Shown here: positions 1 through 10,127 of the stretch, piece after piece
Layout of the letters: the number at the start of each line of letters is the position of its first letter
How positions within the stretch are numbered: position 1 is the stretch's first letter
Assembly (NCBI GenBank): GCA_025055075.1
Contig: JANWYV010000022.1
Span: 3,120-67,119 of the forward strand
Source: Blastocatellia bacterium
GTDB lineage: Bacteria; Acidobacteriota; Blastocatellia; HR10
Direction: 5' to 3'
DNA: 64,000 nt
Program-made: the position numbers and the translations under genes
Notes under the pieces: generated by a model
Seen by the model: the letters and a program-made list of their open reading frames with translations, nothing else
Told to the model about the DNA's origin: nothing
The model's database searches: none

Positions 1-1
1 G

Positions 2-265
2 GCGGACCTCCGGCATGAGGGAGAGACGATCTCTGGCGCGGTGACCAGCCCGTTCGGACAATCCACGATCTCCAGCGGGTCGGTCTCCGGAAATGAAGTG
101 CGCTTCACGCTCTCGGTGGAGATCCAAGGAACACCCATGCTGGTCACGTTCGCCGGTCGCGTCGAAGGCGATCGCATGAGTGGAACGGTGACGGTCGAAG
201 GCATGGGATCATTCCCCTTCTCGGGGACACGGCCGAGACTCTCATCAGGAGGTCAGCAGCCATGA
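2..265 (+). CDS. 3' end of a gene that begins upstream of the window (C-terminal fragment, unknown product)
   Basis: Frame is open from position 2 to a stop at 263-265. The stop overlaps the next gene's ATG as ATGA. No recognisable domain in the 88 residues visible. Confidence 0.4.
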   Translation, partial: ADLRHEGETISGAVTSPFGQSTISSGSVSGNEVRFTLSVEIQGTPMLVTFAGRVEGDRMSGTVTVEGMGSFPFSGTRPRLSSGGQQP

Positions 266-1725
266 GAGACGCACGAGCATTCGCCGCACGAATGTGGGGT
301 CTTGCTGTGAGCGCGTGTCTGCTCGGAGCTTCGCTCGGCGGATCGGTTTCCGCCCAGGCTCCTTCAAGCGGCGCGCGCGAGGAGGTGACGCTCATCCGCG
401 GGGGGACGATCTTGACCGTGACGCGCGGACGGATCGAGAACGGTTCGATCCTCATTCGCGGAGGGAAGATCGCGGCCGTTGGCCGAAACATTGACGCGCC
501 GCCGGGAGCGAAGGTCATTGATGCTACGGGCAAATACATCATGCCCGGCATCATTGATTGCCATTCGCACATCGCCATAGATGGAGGGGTGAACGAGGGC
601 ACCCTCTCGGTCACCTCGATGGTGCGCATCGAGGATGTGCTCGATCCGACCGATATCAACATCTATCGCGACTTGGCCGGAGGGGTGACGACGGCCAATA
701 TCCTGCACGGGAGCGCGAACGCCATCGGCGGGTTGAACGCGGTGATCAAGCTTCGCTGGGGGAAGACGGCGTCGGAGATGCTGTTTGAAGGGGCGATGCC
801 GGGCATCAAGTTCGCGCTCGGGGAGAATCCGAAGCGCTCGAATTTCACGCCGCCGCCGGGAACGCCGCGCCGCTATCCGGCCACGCGCCTGGGGGTCGAG
901 TACACGATCCGCGAGGCGTTCACGCAAGCGCGGAACTACATGCTCCAGTGGGAAGAGTACGAACGCCGCAAGCGAGCTGGCGAGAACGTCGTTCCCCCGC
1001 GTCGGGATTTGAAGTTGGAGCCGCTCGTCGAGATCCTGCAGGGAAAGCGCTTGGTGCATGCGCACGCCTATCGCGCCGATGAGATCCTCATGCTCATTCG
1101 CCTGGCCGAGGAGTTCGGCTTCAAGATCGCCACGTTCCAACACGTGCTGGAAGGATACAAGGTCGCCCGAGAGCTTGCCGCTCACGGCGCGGGCGCCTCG
1201 ACATTCTCCGACTGGTGGGCGTACAAGGTCGAAGCCTATGACGCCATCCCGTACAATGGGGCGCTCATGGCCCGCAAGGGCGTCCTCGTCTCCTTCAATT
1301 CCGACAGCGCCGAATTGGCCCGCCGCTTGAACTTGGAAGCGGCCAAGGCCATGAAATATGGCGGCCTGAGCGAGGACGAGGCCTTGGCGCTCATCACGAT
1401 CAATCCGGCCAAGCAACTGCGCATTGATCATCGCGTCGGCTCGATCGAAGTCGGCAAAGATGCAGATCTGGTGATCTACAGCGGACATCCGCTCAGCGTC
1501 TATTCGATCGTCGAGAAGGTGTTCATTGACGGTCAGCTCTACTTCGATCGCGAGGCCGATTTGGCTCGACGCGCGGAGATCCAGAAGGAGAAGGAAGCGC
1601 TCCGGGCTCGCGAGCGTGGCGCGGAACGTCGTCCGGGGCCGCGCAATCGTCCGCCCGATGAGGGCACTGAAGGAAACGCGGAGCATCCGCTACCGCCCGG
1701 ACCGGGCAAGGAGGTGCGGCCATGA
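262..1725 (+). CDS. Periplasmic amidohydrolase-family metallohydrolase with signal peptide
   Basis: AGGAGG 9 nt upstream of the ATG. N-terminal signal peptide ([20 protein letters not shown]). Amidohydrolase metal-binding pattern (IIDCHSH, HAHAY). 487 aa. Confidence 0.85.
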   Translation: MRDARAFAARMWGLAVSACLLGASLGGSVSAQAPSSGAREEVTLIRGGTILTVTRGRIENGSILIRGGKIAAVGRNIDAPPGAKVIDATGKYIMPGIIDCHSHIAIDGGVNEGTLSVTSMVRIEDVLDPTDINIYRDLAGGVTTANILHGSANAIGGLNAVIKLRWGKTASEMLFEGAMPGIKFALGENPKRSNFTPPPGTPRRYPATRLGVEYTIREAFTQARNYMLQWEEYERRKRAGENVVPPRRDLKLEPLVEILQGKRLVHAHAYRADEILMLIRLAEEFGFKIATFQHVLEGYKVARELAAHGAGASTFSDWWAYKVEAYDAIPYNGALMARKGVLVSFNSDSAELARRLNLEAAKAMKYGGLSEDEALALITINPAKQLRIDHRVGSIEVGKDADLVIYSGHPLSVYSIVEKVFIDGQLYFDREADLARRAEIQKEKEALRARERGAERRPGPRNRPPDEGTEGNAEHPLPPGPGKEVRP

Positions 1726-3062
1726 GGAAGAGAGCGTTTGTGCTCATCGTGGCTTTTGGGCTTTGGCCCGTGCTCTCACTTTCGAGCGCGCGGGCGCAGC
1801 GCGGAGAGATCTATGCCATCACGAACGCGCGCATCGTGCCGATCACTGGGCCGGTGATCGAACGCGGCACCGTTGTGATTCGGGACGGGAAGATCGCCGC
1901 CGTCGGTCGGAACGTCTCCATTCCGGCGGGCGCGCGCGTCATCAATGCGCAAGGGATGTGGGTCTATCCCGGCTTCATTGATTCGGGGACGACCATCGGA
2001 TTGACCGAGATCGGTCAGGTCCCGGCGACCGTGGACGTCAACGAGATCGGGGATTTCAATCCGCAGCTGAAGGCGATCGTGGCCGTCAATCCGGCGAGCG
2101 AGCTTATTCCAGTAGCGCGCGTCAATGGCATCACGACGGTGCTCACGACTCCGCGGGGAGGCATTCTCTCGGGGCAGGCCGCGCTCATCAACCTGGATGG
2201 CTGGACGTGGGAGGAGATGCTCGTCAAGGCTCCCATTGGCATCTACTTCAACTTCCCCACGATCGCCGCGGGCCGCTTCTTCGATCCGGAGACGTTCCAG
2301 CCGCGCGAGCGCAGCTTCGAGGAAGCTCGACGGCAACGCGAGGAGCGATTGCAGCGCGTGCGACGGCTTCTGGATGACGCGCGCGCCTATGCGAAGGCGA
2401 AGCGCGCCGCCGAAGCTGGCGTGCCTGAAGGGAATGCCGCGAATGCTCGGGATCGGCAGCCCTTCCTGATCAATCCCGTCCTCGAGGCCCTGGTGCCGGT
2501 GGTCGAGGGGACACTGCCGCTGATCGTCGCCGCCAACGATGATCGGGACATCAAGGCCGCCGTCGAGTTCGCCGAGGAGCAGAAGGTCAAGATCATCATC
2601 AGTGGTGGGCTCGAGGCTCCGAAAGTCGCGCGACTTCTCAAGGAGAAGAACATCCCCGTGCTGCTCGGTCCTGTGCTGAGCCTTCCGCGGAACGAGGACG
2701 ATCCCTATGACAGCACATTCACGGCCGCTAAGCAATTGTATGAGGCGGGAGTGAAGTTCGCTTTCCTGACCAACGACGCCTCGAACGTGAGGAATCTCCC
2801 CTATCATGCGGCGATGGCCGTAGCCTTCGGCTTGCCTCGCGATGAGGCGTTGCGCGCGTTGACGATCTCTCCGGCTGAGATCTTCGGAGTCGCCGATCGG
2901 CTGGGGAGCATCGAGGTGGGCAAAATGGCCAACCTCGTCGTCTGGGACGGCGATCCGCTCGAAATTCGCTCGCAGGTGCGCTATCTCTTCATCAACGGTC
3001 GGCTCGTGTCGCTGGAGACCAGGCACACGCAGCTCTACGAGCGCTATCGGAATCGGCCCTGA
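1722..3062 (+). CDS. Second periplasmic amidohydrolase-family protein, paralogous partner of the upstream gene
   Basis: ATGA overlap with the upstream gene. AAGGAGG RBS. Signal peptide. Shares the N-terminal architecture of the upstream gene (IAAVGRN motif), so a paired-subunit arrangement is likely. Confidence 0.85.
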   Translation: MRKRAFVLIVAFGLWPVLSLSSARAQRGEIYAITNARIVPITGPVIERGTVVIRDGKIAAVGRNVSIPAGARVINAQGMWVYPGFIDSGTTIGLTEIGQVPATVDVNEIGDFNPQLKAIVAVNPASELIPVARVNGITTVLTTPRGGILSGQAALINLDGWTWEEMLVKAPIGIYFNFPTIAAGRFFDPETFQPRERSFEEARRQREERLQRVRRLLDDARAYAKAKRAAEAGVPEGNAANARDRQPFLINPVLEALVPVVEGTLPLIVAANDDRDIKAAVEFAEEQKVKIIISGGLEAPKVARLLKEKNIPVLLGPVLSLPRNEDDPYDSTFTAAKQLYEAGVKFAFLTNDASNVRNLPYHAAMAVAFGLPRDEALRALTISPAEIFGVADRLGSIEVGKMANLVVWDGDPLEIRSQVRYLFINGRLVSLETRHTQLYERYRNRP

Positions 3063-3092
3063 TCGGGCGTGGGGGCGCAACGAGCAGCGCCC

Positions 3093-3419
3093 CTACGCCT
3101 GTTCCTTCGGCAGCACGTCCATGATCCAGGTGATCGCGGCGAAGGCGCCGGACCAGCCAATCGTTGTGATGGCGAGCAAGCCGACGTGAATCAGCTCTTC
3201 CGGAGTGATCCCGGCCTTCAAAGCGCGGCGCGCGTGCGAGTGAACCGCGCCCTCGCGACCGGCGCCAATCGCGATAGCCAGCTTCACCAAGCGCTGCGTT
3301 CGCTCATCGAGGGGGCCAGCTTGCGTGGTCGCCTCCCCCAGTCGGTTGTATGCCTCCCAGACTTGCGGATATTTCGCCGCGAACTCTCGCAAGACATCTG
3401 GCAATTCCGTATTCGCCAT
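3093..3419 (-). CDS. Carboxymuconolactone decarboxylase / AhpD-like family protein
   Basis: 108 aa. AhpD-like helical fold signature (ITPEELIHVGLLAITTIGW). GGAGGAGGG RBS upstream of the minus-strand ATG at 3419. Confidence 0.75.
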   Translation of the reverse strand: MANTELPDVLREFAAKYPQVWEAYNRLGEATTQAGPLDERTQRLVKLAIAIGAGREGAVHSHARRALKAGITPEELIHVGLLAITTIGWSGAFAAITWIMDVLPKEQA

Positions 3420-3619
3420 AGCTCCCTCCTCCGAATTCCCAATTGTGAGCGCTCAATTGAATGAGTCAAGCGCGCCATGCCGTCTCTCGCGGGAAAGTTC
3501 GCTTCACCAGCTCTCGGCGAGACGCTCGGTAGCTAGCGGTCGGGAAGGGATGTCCCTAGACAGGAGGGACGGGTCTTTGCTATTTTCCCGCTGCGCGTGA
3601 TCGCTCAATGAGGAGGGGG

Positions 3620-5317
3620 ATGATGAAGCCGATCGCTGCCCTAGTGATGCTTCTTGCTTCGCTATCGGTCTGGCCGGTTCGCGGGCAAACGCCCTTGTAT
3701 GATGTGCTCATTCGCGGAGGACGCATCGTGGATGGGACGGGGAATCCGTGGTTTTCGGCTGACGTGGCCATCAAAGATGGGCGGATTGTGGCCATCGGGC
3801 GACTGGAGGGGGCGACGGCCACGCGCATCATCGATGCGCGCGGACTCTACGTCGTTCCGGGGTTCATTGACCTCCATTCGCATGCGGACGAAGGGTTGGG
3901 CTCACCGCGCACCAATGTGAACCCGAACATGCTCATGCAGGGGGTGACGACGGTCGTCGTCAATCAGGATGGGCGCTCGCCATGGCCGATCGCTGAACAG
4001 AAGGCTCTCTATGAGCGACAGGGGATCGGAACGAATGTCGTGCTCCTGGTCGGGCATGGAACCTTGCGCAGCCGCGTCATGGGAGAGGACATTCGGCGGC
4101 CGGCGACGCGCGAAGAGATCGAGCGGATGAAGGCGCTCCTCAAGCAAGGACTGGAGGAAGGCGCTTTCGGTCTGAGCGCTGGGTTGGAGTATGTGCCCGG
4201 TCGCTGGAGCACGACCGAAGAGTTGATCGAGTTGGCGAAGGTCGTCGCGGCTTATGGCGGATTCTACATCGCTCATCAGCGGAGCGAAGGGCGCGATCCC
4301 TTGTGGAAGAATGCTTCCGATGAGACGCCGTCGGTGGATCTGCTGCAAGCGGTGCAGGAGACGATCGAAATCAGCGCGAAGACGGGCGTCGTCGCCGTCG
4401 CCTCGCACTTGAAGGCGAAGGGAGCTTCGTATTGGGGGAGCAGCTATGCCGCCGTGCGGTTGATCGCCGAAGCACGGGAGCGAGGCCTGCCGGTCTACGC
4501 CGATCAATACCCCTACGATACGACGGGGACAGATGGGCAAACGGTGCTCATCCCCTTGTGGGCCCTCGCTGAAGAGGGCGTCGAAGTCGGTGGGCAATTG
4601 GGACAACTCGTGCGCGGACGAGCCGAACCGTTCGCGCGGATGAAAGAAAATCTGCGACGGCGATTGAACGATCCGAAGCAGCGGGAGAAGATCCGTCGGG
4701 ACATCGTCCATGAGATCGATCGGCGCGGCGGGCCGGAGCGCATCATCATCTACGAGTTCCCGGATCCGGAGCTGATTGGGAAATCGCTCGGCGAGGTCGC
4801 GCGTCGGCGCGGCGAGGATCCAGTGGACACGGCGCTGTGGCTCCAACTGAACGGATTGGATCGTCCCGGGGGAGCGCGCATGCGAGGCTTCTCGCTCTCA
4901 GAGCTGGACATCGAGCACATCATGCGGCAGGAGTTCACGGCGACCTGCAGCGATGCCGGCACTGTGGCTTTCGGCGAGGGAATCCCACATCCACGCTACT
5001 ACGGCGCTTTCCCTCGTAAGATTCGGCGCTACGTCTTCGAGCGCGGCGTCATCTCCTTACCCTTCGCCATTCGCTCAATGACATCGCTGCCGGCACAAAT
5101 CATCGGCCTGCGCGACCGTGGCCTCTTGCGCGAAGGCTATTGGGCGGACATCACCATCTTCGATCCCGAGAAGATCGCCGACCGCGCGACGTACACGAAT
5201 CCGCATCAGTACGCCGAAGGGATCCTCTACGTGCTGGTCAATGGCGAATTCGCGGTTGATGGGGGGAAGCTCACGGGGAAACTGGCGGGCCGAGTCCTGA
5301 CGCCCCCGCGACGCTGA
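3620..5317 (+). CDS. N-acyl-D-amino-acid deacylase (D-aminoacylase) family amidohydrolase, secreted
   Basis: Signal peptide. D-aminoacylase N-terminus (YDVLIRGGRIVDGTGNPWFSADVAIKDGRIVAIG ... PGFIDLHSHAD). Start placed at the second ATG because the GAGGAGGGGG box sits between the ATGs. Confidence 0.8.
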   Translation: MMKPIAALVMLLASLSVWPVRGQTPLYDVLIRGGRIVDGTGNPWFSADVAIKDGRIVAIGRLEGATATRIIDARGLYVVPGFIDLHSHADEGLGSPRTNVNPNMLMQGVTTVVVNQDGRSPWPIAEQKALYERQGIGTNVVLLVGHGTLRSRVMGEDIRRPATREEIERMKALLKQGLEEGAFGLSAGLEYVPGRWSTTEELIELAKVVAAYGGFYIAHQRSEGRDPLWKNASDETPSVDLLQAVQETIEISAKTGVVAVASHLKAKGASYWGSSYAAVRLIAEARERGLPVYADQYPYDTTGTDGQTVLIPLWALAEEGVEVGGQLGQLVRGRAEPFARMKENLRRRLNDPKQREKIRRDIVHEIDRRGGPERIIIYEFPDPELIGKSLGEVARRRGEDPVDTALWLQLNGLDRPGGARMRGFSLSELDIEHIMRQEFTATCSDAGTVAFGEGIPHPRYYGAFPRKIRRYVFERGVISLPFAIRSMTSLPAQIIGLRDRGLLREGYWADITIFDPEKIADRATYTNPHQYAEGILYVLVNGEFAVDGGKLTGKLAGRVLTPPRR

Positions 5318-5559
5318 TCGCGTGCGAATTCGTCGAAGGAATCGCGGGCTCAAAGTGCGCGCATCATAAGGTCTGAATTTTCGGCGCGCCTCCAAAGGGG
5401 ACGACGGTTTGTCCTTCGTTTGAACGGCTCGCTCACGAAGAGCGTGAGGAGATACCTGATTGAAGGTCCGAATCCGCATCCACGTTATGAGCGAGCACCA
5501 ACGATGAGGGAGGCACAAGGTCTATTCCGCGTGAAGCCGCCTCGCGCTCCTGACCGCCA

Positions 5560-6486
5560 TCATCCGAGCAAGCGGAGCAAGATGGCCTTTTGAATGTGGA
5601 GGCGGTTCTCCGCTTGATCGAAGACGATGCTCTGCGGTCCGTCAATGACCTCGTCGGTCATCTCGGCCCCGCGCTCGGCCGGAAGGCAATGCATGAAGAG
5701 CGCGTCGGGGCGAGCCTGCCGCATGAGGTCCGTCGTCACTTGAAAAGATCGGAGACGTCGCTCGCGTTCGGCGCGCTGTTCGGGCGGAATGTGGTAGCTC
5801 ATCCACGTGTCCGTGTAGACGATGTCGGCCGAGGCGACCGCTGCAGATGCATTGTGCACGATCTCAATCGCAGCTCCTGTCTCGCGGGCCATCGCCCGAG
5901 CCCGTTGGAGAACGGTCGCATCCGGCTCGTACTCTTGACCCTCGGGGCAACCCACGCTCACGTGCATTCCCACAGCCGCGCCACCGAGAAGCAACGAATG
6001 CGTCACGTTATTGTGCCCATCGCCCACATAGGCGAGCTTCACGCCCTGAAGTCGGCCTTTCTTCTCCCGGATGGTCATCAAATCGCCAAGCACCTGGCAG
6101 GGATGCTCGTGATCGGTCAGACCGTTGATGACGGGCACGCTCGCGTGCGCGGCCAGCTCTTCCAGATCCGCTTGCCGGAAGAGTCGCGCCATGATCGCGT
6201 CCACGTAACGCGAGGCCGTGCGCGCCGTATCGGCGATGCTCTCTTTCCCTTTCCCCAGCGGCGACGCGCCGAGGTCGTAGTAGATCGCGTGCCCGCCCAT
6301 TTGCAGCATGGCGACCTCGAACGACAGCCGCGTGCGCAACGACGGCTTCTCGAAGAGCATGAGCAACACGCGCCCTTCAAGCGCGCGCGCAACGCGAGCG
6401 GGATCGCGTTTGATTTGCACGGCATGTTCAATTGTCTCCTCGATCCATTCGCGTGGCCAATCGGCGAGGGAAAGGAGATGCTTCAT
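5560..6486 (-). CDS. Ornithine-carbamoyltransferase-family transcarbamylase with divergent substrate-loop motifs
   Basis: OTC/ATC fold: N-terminus MKHLLSLADW...LLMLFEKPSLRTRLSFEVAM, HCLPAERGAEMTDEV, and C-terminal FDQAENRLHIQKAILLRLLG. The canonical STRTR motif is SLRTR, and the DxxxSMG loop is replaced by DTWMSYHIPP. The internal ATG at 6486 was chosen (GAGGAGG RBS); the track ORF extends upstream from a non-ATG start. Confidence 0.8.
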   Translation of the reverse strand: MKHLLSLADWPREWIEETIEHAVQIKRDPARVARALEGRVLLMLFEKPSLRTRLSFEVAMLQMGGHAIYYDLGASPLGKGKESIADTARTASRYVDAIMARLFRQADLEELAAHASVPVINGLTDHEHPCQVLGDLMTIREKKGRLQGVKLAYVGDGHNNVTHSLLLGGAAVGMHVSVGCPEGQEYEPDATVLQRARAMARETGAAIEIVHNASAAVASADIVYTDTWMSYHIPPEQRAERERRLRSFQVTTDLMRQARPDALFMHCLPAERGAEMTDEVIDGPQSIVFDQAENRLHIQKAILLRLLG

Positions 6487-6499
6487 CGCTGGCCTCCTC

Positions 6500-7444
6500 T
6501 CAATCGGGATAAATGTGTGTGCCCGTGTGACCGCGAAAAGCCGCGAGCACGACATCCGGTCGCGTGATGATGACCTCGCGCCCACCGCGCTCGAGAAACG
6601 CGATGGCGGCTTCGATCTTCGGCCCCATGCTTCCGGGAGCGAAATGCCCTTCGGCCAGGTACCGTCGCGCTTCGTCAAGCGTCATCCGCTCGATGTCCTG
6701 CTCCTGAGGCGTGCCGAAGTAGAGTTTCACCTTCTCGACGGCCGTGAGATCGAGCAACCGGTCAGCTTTCAGAGCCGTCGCCAGAAGACTCGACGCCAGG
6801 TCCTTATCCACAACGGCTTCGATGCCCACGAGCGTCCCATCCTCAGCGAGCGCGACGGGAATGCCTCCGCCGCCAGCGACGATGACGATCACGCCGCTCT
6901 CGAAAAGCTGAAGGATCACCTCCTGCTCGACCAGGCGAAGCGGCAGCGGCGACGGGACGACGCGCCGATAGCCTCGATGCGCGTCTTCCATGAGCGTGTA
7001 TCCCTTGCGTCGCAACTCGTCGGCTTGCGCTGCCGTGTAGAACGGGCCGATGGGTTTGGTCGGCGAATGCAGGCGTGGATCATGGCGATCTACGACGACC
7101 TGCGTGAGAACGGTCACCACCGAACGAGCGATGCCCCTCCGATGGAGCAGGTTCTGTAAGGTGCGTTGAATGAGATACCCCATCTCGCCTTGCGACTCTG
7201 CGACGCAGACGTCGAGCGGCAGATCGTAAGCTTTCCCGCGCGCTTCTTCGACGCGAATGACGATATTGCCGACCTGTGGGCCGTTGCCGTGCGTGAGCGC
7301 GATCCGATGTCCTTCGCGGATCAATTCCACCACGCCGCCGAGCGATTCTTCCAAATTGGCGAGCTGCTCGGGGATCGTCCCGGCTTGCCCCGGTTTGATC
7401 AAAGCGTTGCCGCCAAGGGCGATGACGAGTCGTTCGCTCATCAA
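6500..7444 (-). CDS. arcC: Carbamate kinase
   Basis: 314 aa. N-terminus LVIALGGNAL and THGNGPQVG motifs typical of carbamate kinase. Lies 14 nt upstream of the transcarbamylase. Confidence 0.85.
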   Translation of the reverse strand: MMSERLVIALGGNALIKPGQAGTIPEQLANLEESLGGVVELIREGHRIALTHGNGPQVGNIVIRVEEARGKAYDLPLDVCVAESQGEMGYLIQRTLQNLLHRRGIARSVVTVLTQVVVDRHDPRLHSPTKPIGPFYTAAQADELRRKGYTLMEDAHRGYRRVVPSPLPLRLVEQEVILQLFESGVIVIVAGGGGIPVALAEDGTLVGIEAVVDKDLASSLLATALKADRLLDLTAVEKVKLYFGTPQEQDIERMTLDEARRYLAEGHFAPGSMGPKIEAAIAFLERGGREVIITRPDVVLAAFRGHTGTHIYPD

Positions 7445-8769
7445 GCGTTCATCCTCGCGAGGAAGTCTCGAAGGACATCGCCGAGCGTCGGTGGGCCGAC
7501 TTCTTCCAGCTCATACGCGACGCGACAGGTCGGATGTCGAATCTGCAGGACGCGACGCAAATCCACCGGCGTCGCCACGAGCACGACATCGCAGGGCGTG
7601 CGATTGATCGTCTCCTCCAGCTCGCGCATTTGCTCCGCGCCGTAGCCCATCGCCGGGAGCAACGGCCCGATGTGCGGATATTCGGCGAAGGTCTCGCGGA
7701 TGCTGCCGACGGCGTAGGGACGCGGGTCAATCAGCTCGCGCGCGCCGTACTGTCGAGCGGCGAGCACGCCCGCGCCATAGCTCATCTCACCGTGCGTCAG
7801 CGTCGGTCCGTCCTCGACGACGAGCACACGCCGATGGCGAATCGCCTCGGGCGCGTCCACGACGATCGGCAAATTCGCCTCGATGACGAGCGCCTTCGGA
7901 TTGAACGCGCGAATGTTCTGCCGAACGGCCTCCACATCTTCGGGGCGCGCCGTATTGACCTTGCTGATGATGAGGACATCGGCCCGCAGGAAGTTCACTT
8001 CGCCCGGAAAGTACGCCCGCTCGTGTCCGGGCCGATGTGGGTCCACGAGCACGATCTCCAAATCGGGGACGAAGAAGGGGAGATCGTTATTCCCTCCGTC
8101 CCAGACCAGGACGTCGGCCTCCGCCTCCGCTTGGCGCAAGATGCGTTCGTAATCCACGCCCGCATAGACGATGACGCCATTGCGCAAATGCGGTTCGTAC
8201 TCCTCCATCTCTTCGATGGTGCAGTTGTAGCGGCGGAGATCCTCGACCGTCTCGAATCGTTGCACGATCTGCTGGGAGAGATCGCCATAGGGCATGGGAT
8301 GACGCACGACGACGACGCGGCGACCCATCTCGCGGAGCAGCCGGGCAATTTTGCGACTCGCCGGGCTCTTGCCGCAACCCGTGCGCACGGCGCAGACGGA
8401 GATGACGGGCCGCTGCGCTCGCAGCATCGTCGCCCGCGCCCCGAGCAGCCGGAAATCAGCGCCTCGCGCCAGCGCCCGCGCCGCCTCATGCATGACGTGC
8501 TCGTGCGAGACATCGCTGTAGGAGAAGACGACCTGATCAATCTCGTACTCTTCGATCAATCGTTCCAGCTCCTCTTCCGGGTAGATGGGGAGGCCTTCGG
8601 GATACAGCGCACCAGCTAGCTCCGGCGGATAGCGCCGTCCCTCGATGTTGGGGATCTGCGTCGCCGTGAACGCGATCACTTCATACTGCGGATTGTCGCG
8701 AAAGACGACGTTGAAGTTGTGGAAGTCTCGACCGGCCGCTCCCATGATCAACACGCGCGTGCGCTTCAT
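7441..8769 (-). CDS. Cyclic 2,3-diphosphoglycerate synthetase-family P-loop protein (bacterial homologue, function unknown)
   Basis: About 443 aa. N-terminal RVLIMGAAGRDFHNFN motif and P-loop-like CGKSPASRK. ATGA overlap with arcC. Start placed at ATG 8769, which has GGAGGG 8 nt upstream. The track ORF starts at a TTG that overlaps the glgC stop. Confidence 0.5.
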   Translation of the reverse strand: MKRTRVLIMGAAGRDFHNFNVVFRDNPQYEVIAFTATQIPNIEGRRYPPELAGALYPEGLPIYPEEELERLIEEYEIDQVVFSYSDVSHEHVMHEAARALARGADFRLLGARATMLRAQRPVISVCAVRTGCGKSPASRKIARLLREMGRRVVVVRHPMPYGDLSQQIVQRFETVEDLRRYNCTIEEMEEYEPHLRNGVIVYAGVDYERILRQAEAEADVLVWDGGNNDLPFFVPDLEIVLVDPHRPGHERAYFPGEVNFLRADVLIISKVNTARPEDVEAVRQNIRAFNPKALVIEANLPIVVDAPEAIRHRRVLVVEDGPTLTHGEMSYGAGVLAARQYGARELIDPRPYAVGSIRETFAEYPHIGPLLPAMGYGAEQMRELEETINRTPCDVVLVATPVDLRRVLQIRHPTCRVAYELEEVGPPTLGDVLRDFLARMNA

Positions 8770-8813
8770 ATATTCGCCCTCCTGCAGCCGTCTCATGATC
8801 GCCGTATCCTCCG

Positions 8814-10127
8814 TCAAATCACCTGCCCCTCTGGGATGACGCTATTTTTGGGGACGATCACAATGCCTTCCCGAATGTAGTAATTCGGCCCGTCGGCGTG
8901 TTGAAGTCCAGCTTCGTTCACGATGCGCGCGCCAGCACCGATACGCACGTTCCGATCGAGGATCGCGCGGCGAATGACAGCGCCTTCTCCAATGCCGATC
9001 GGCGGGAGACCAAGGGCACGATCCCGCTCCTGCTCTTCTGGCGAGGGGAAGTATTCCGCGCCGAAAGCGATCACGCCGTCCAAATGAGCACCTTTCTCCA
9101 CGCGGCTGCGGAGCCCGAGCATTGAGCGCTCTATCCGCGCGCCCGTCACTAAAGAGCCGTTGGCGATCATGGAGTTCACGATCTCGCTCTCGCGGATCTT
9201 GGCCGGGGGAAGATAGCGCGGGCGCGTGCAAAGCGGCGCGTTCGGATCGTAGAAAGAGAGCGGCGGCTCTGCGTCGAGCATCCGCATATGCGCATCGTAG
9301 TAGGCGCTGATGGTGCTCATCTCTTCCCAATACCCACGATGCCAATAGGCGTAGACTCGAGATTGAGCGACAGCCAGTGGAAGCAGCTCCAATCCGAAGT
9401 CGAAGGGTCCCAAAGCCTGTTCCAAAAGCGACGCGAGTGCCTCTCGCCGAAAAAGGTAAATTCCCGTAGCGATCAAGTACGGCGCGTTCCCATCCGCCAT
9501 GCGAAATTCTCGCAAAGTATCCTGGCGCGGCTCTTCCTGATACCGAAGGACACGCCAGTCCGATGGCCGAGGAGAATCCACGCGCGCGCCTGCGACCCTC
9601 ACGACTCCCCGCGTGCGTGCTACCGTTTCATCGGCTGCGACGACGACCAGCGTGAGATCCGCCTCTGTCTCTACGTGGAAGGCGATGACGTCTTGCAAGG
9701 CGATCCAGCCAACGCAGTCTCCAGGAAGGATTAGGATATGTCGCGCCGGCCACGGCTCGAAATGTCGCCAGGCGCGGCGGATGGCATCAGTGGGACTGCG
9801 ATACCATTGTTGGCTCTCCAAGGTTTGCTCAGCCGCGATGACCTCGACGAATTCCACCGATTCGGAGAGCCGCCCGAACCGATACGTCTGCATCACGTGC
9901 CGATTGAGCGAAAGCGAGTTGAATTGCGTGAGGACGTAAATGCGCCGCAGCCCGGCATTCAAACATTGGCTGAGGGCTAGATCAATGAGCCGATACTGTC
10001 CGATGAAGGGCAATGCGGCTTTCGCCCGCTCCGCCGTCAGAGGGAAAAGGCGCGCTCCTTGTCCAAATCCCAACACGATGGTCAAAACCTGGTGCGCGAG
10101 CCCGCGTGTGACCGCCACCCCGTTCAT
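8814..10127 (-). CDS. glgC: Glucose-1-phosphate adenylyltransferase (ADP-glucose pyrophosphorylase) family
   Basis: GlgC signature GQGARLFPLTAERAKAALPFIGQYRLIDLALSQCLNAGLRRIYVLTQFNSLSLNRH and a left-handed beta-helix C-terminus. The start is either 10139 or 10127. Its stop lies about 45 nt before the next gene's ATG. Confidence 0.8.
   Translation of the reverse strand: MNGVAVTRGLAHQVLTIVLGFGQGARLFPLTAERAKAALPFIGQYRLIDLALSQCLNAGLRRIYVLTQFNSLSLNRHVMQTYRFGRLSESVEFVEVIAAEQTLESQQWYRSPTDAIRRAWRHFEPWPARHILILPGDCVGWIALQDVIAFHVETEADLTLVVVAADETVARTRGVVRVAGARVDSPRPSDWRVLRYQEEPRQDTLREFRMADGNAPYLIATGIYLFRREALASLLEQALGPFDFGLELLPLAVAQSRVYAYWHRGYWEEMSTISAYYDAHMRMLDAEPPLSFYDPNAPLCTRPRYLPPAKIRESEIVNSMIANGSLVTGARIERSMLGLRSRVEKGAHLDGVIAFGAEYFPSPEEQERDRALGLPPIGIGEGAVIRRAILDRNVRIGAGARIVNEAGLQHADGPNYYIREGIVIVPKNSVIPEGQVI

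Noticed and set aside
364-1686. Long antisense and alternate-frame ORFs throughout the track. Examples: 364..1686-, 1776..3080-, 3902..4846-, 5590..6567+, 7534..8619+, 11332..12579-, 34127..34936-, 36019..37485-, 37488..39059-, 41187..41981+, 44649..46268+, 50161..51177-, 50976..52349-, 54906..56258-, 57137..58486-, 61284..62225-.
   Set aside because: Each lies entirely within and antisense to (or frame-shifted from) a gene with a clear family assignment, motifs, an RBS and operon context. In ~63% GC DNA, long stop-free shadow frames are expected by chance. Their translations are Arg/Ala/Pro-rich with no motifs.
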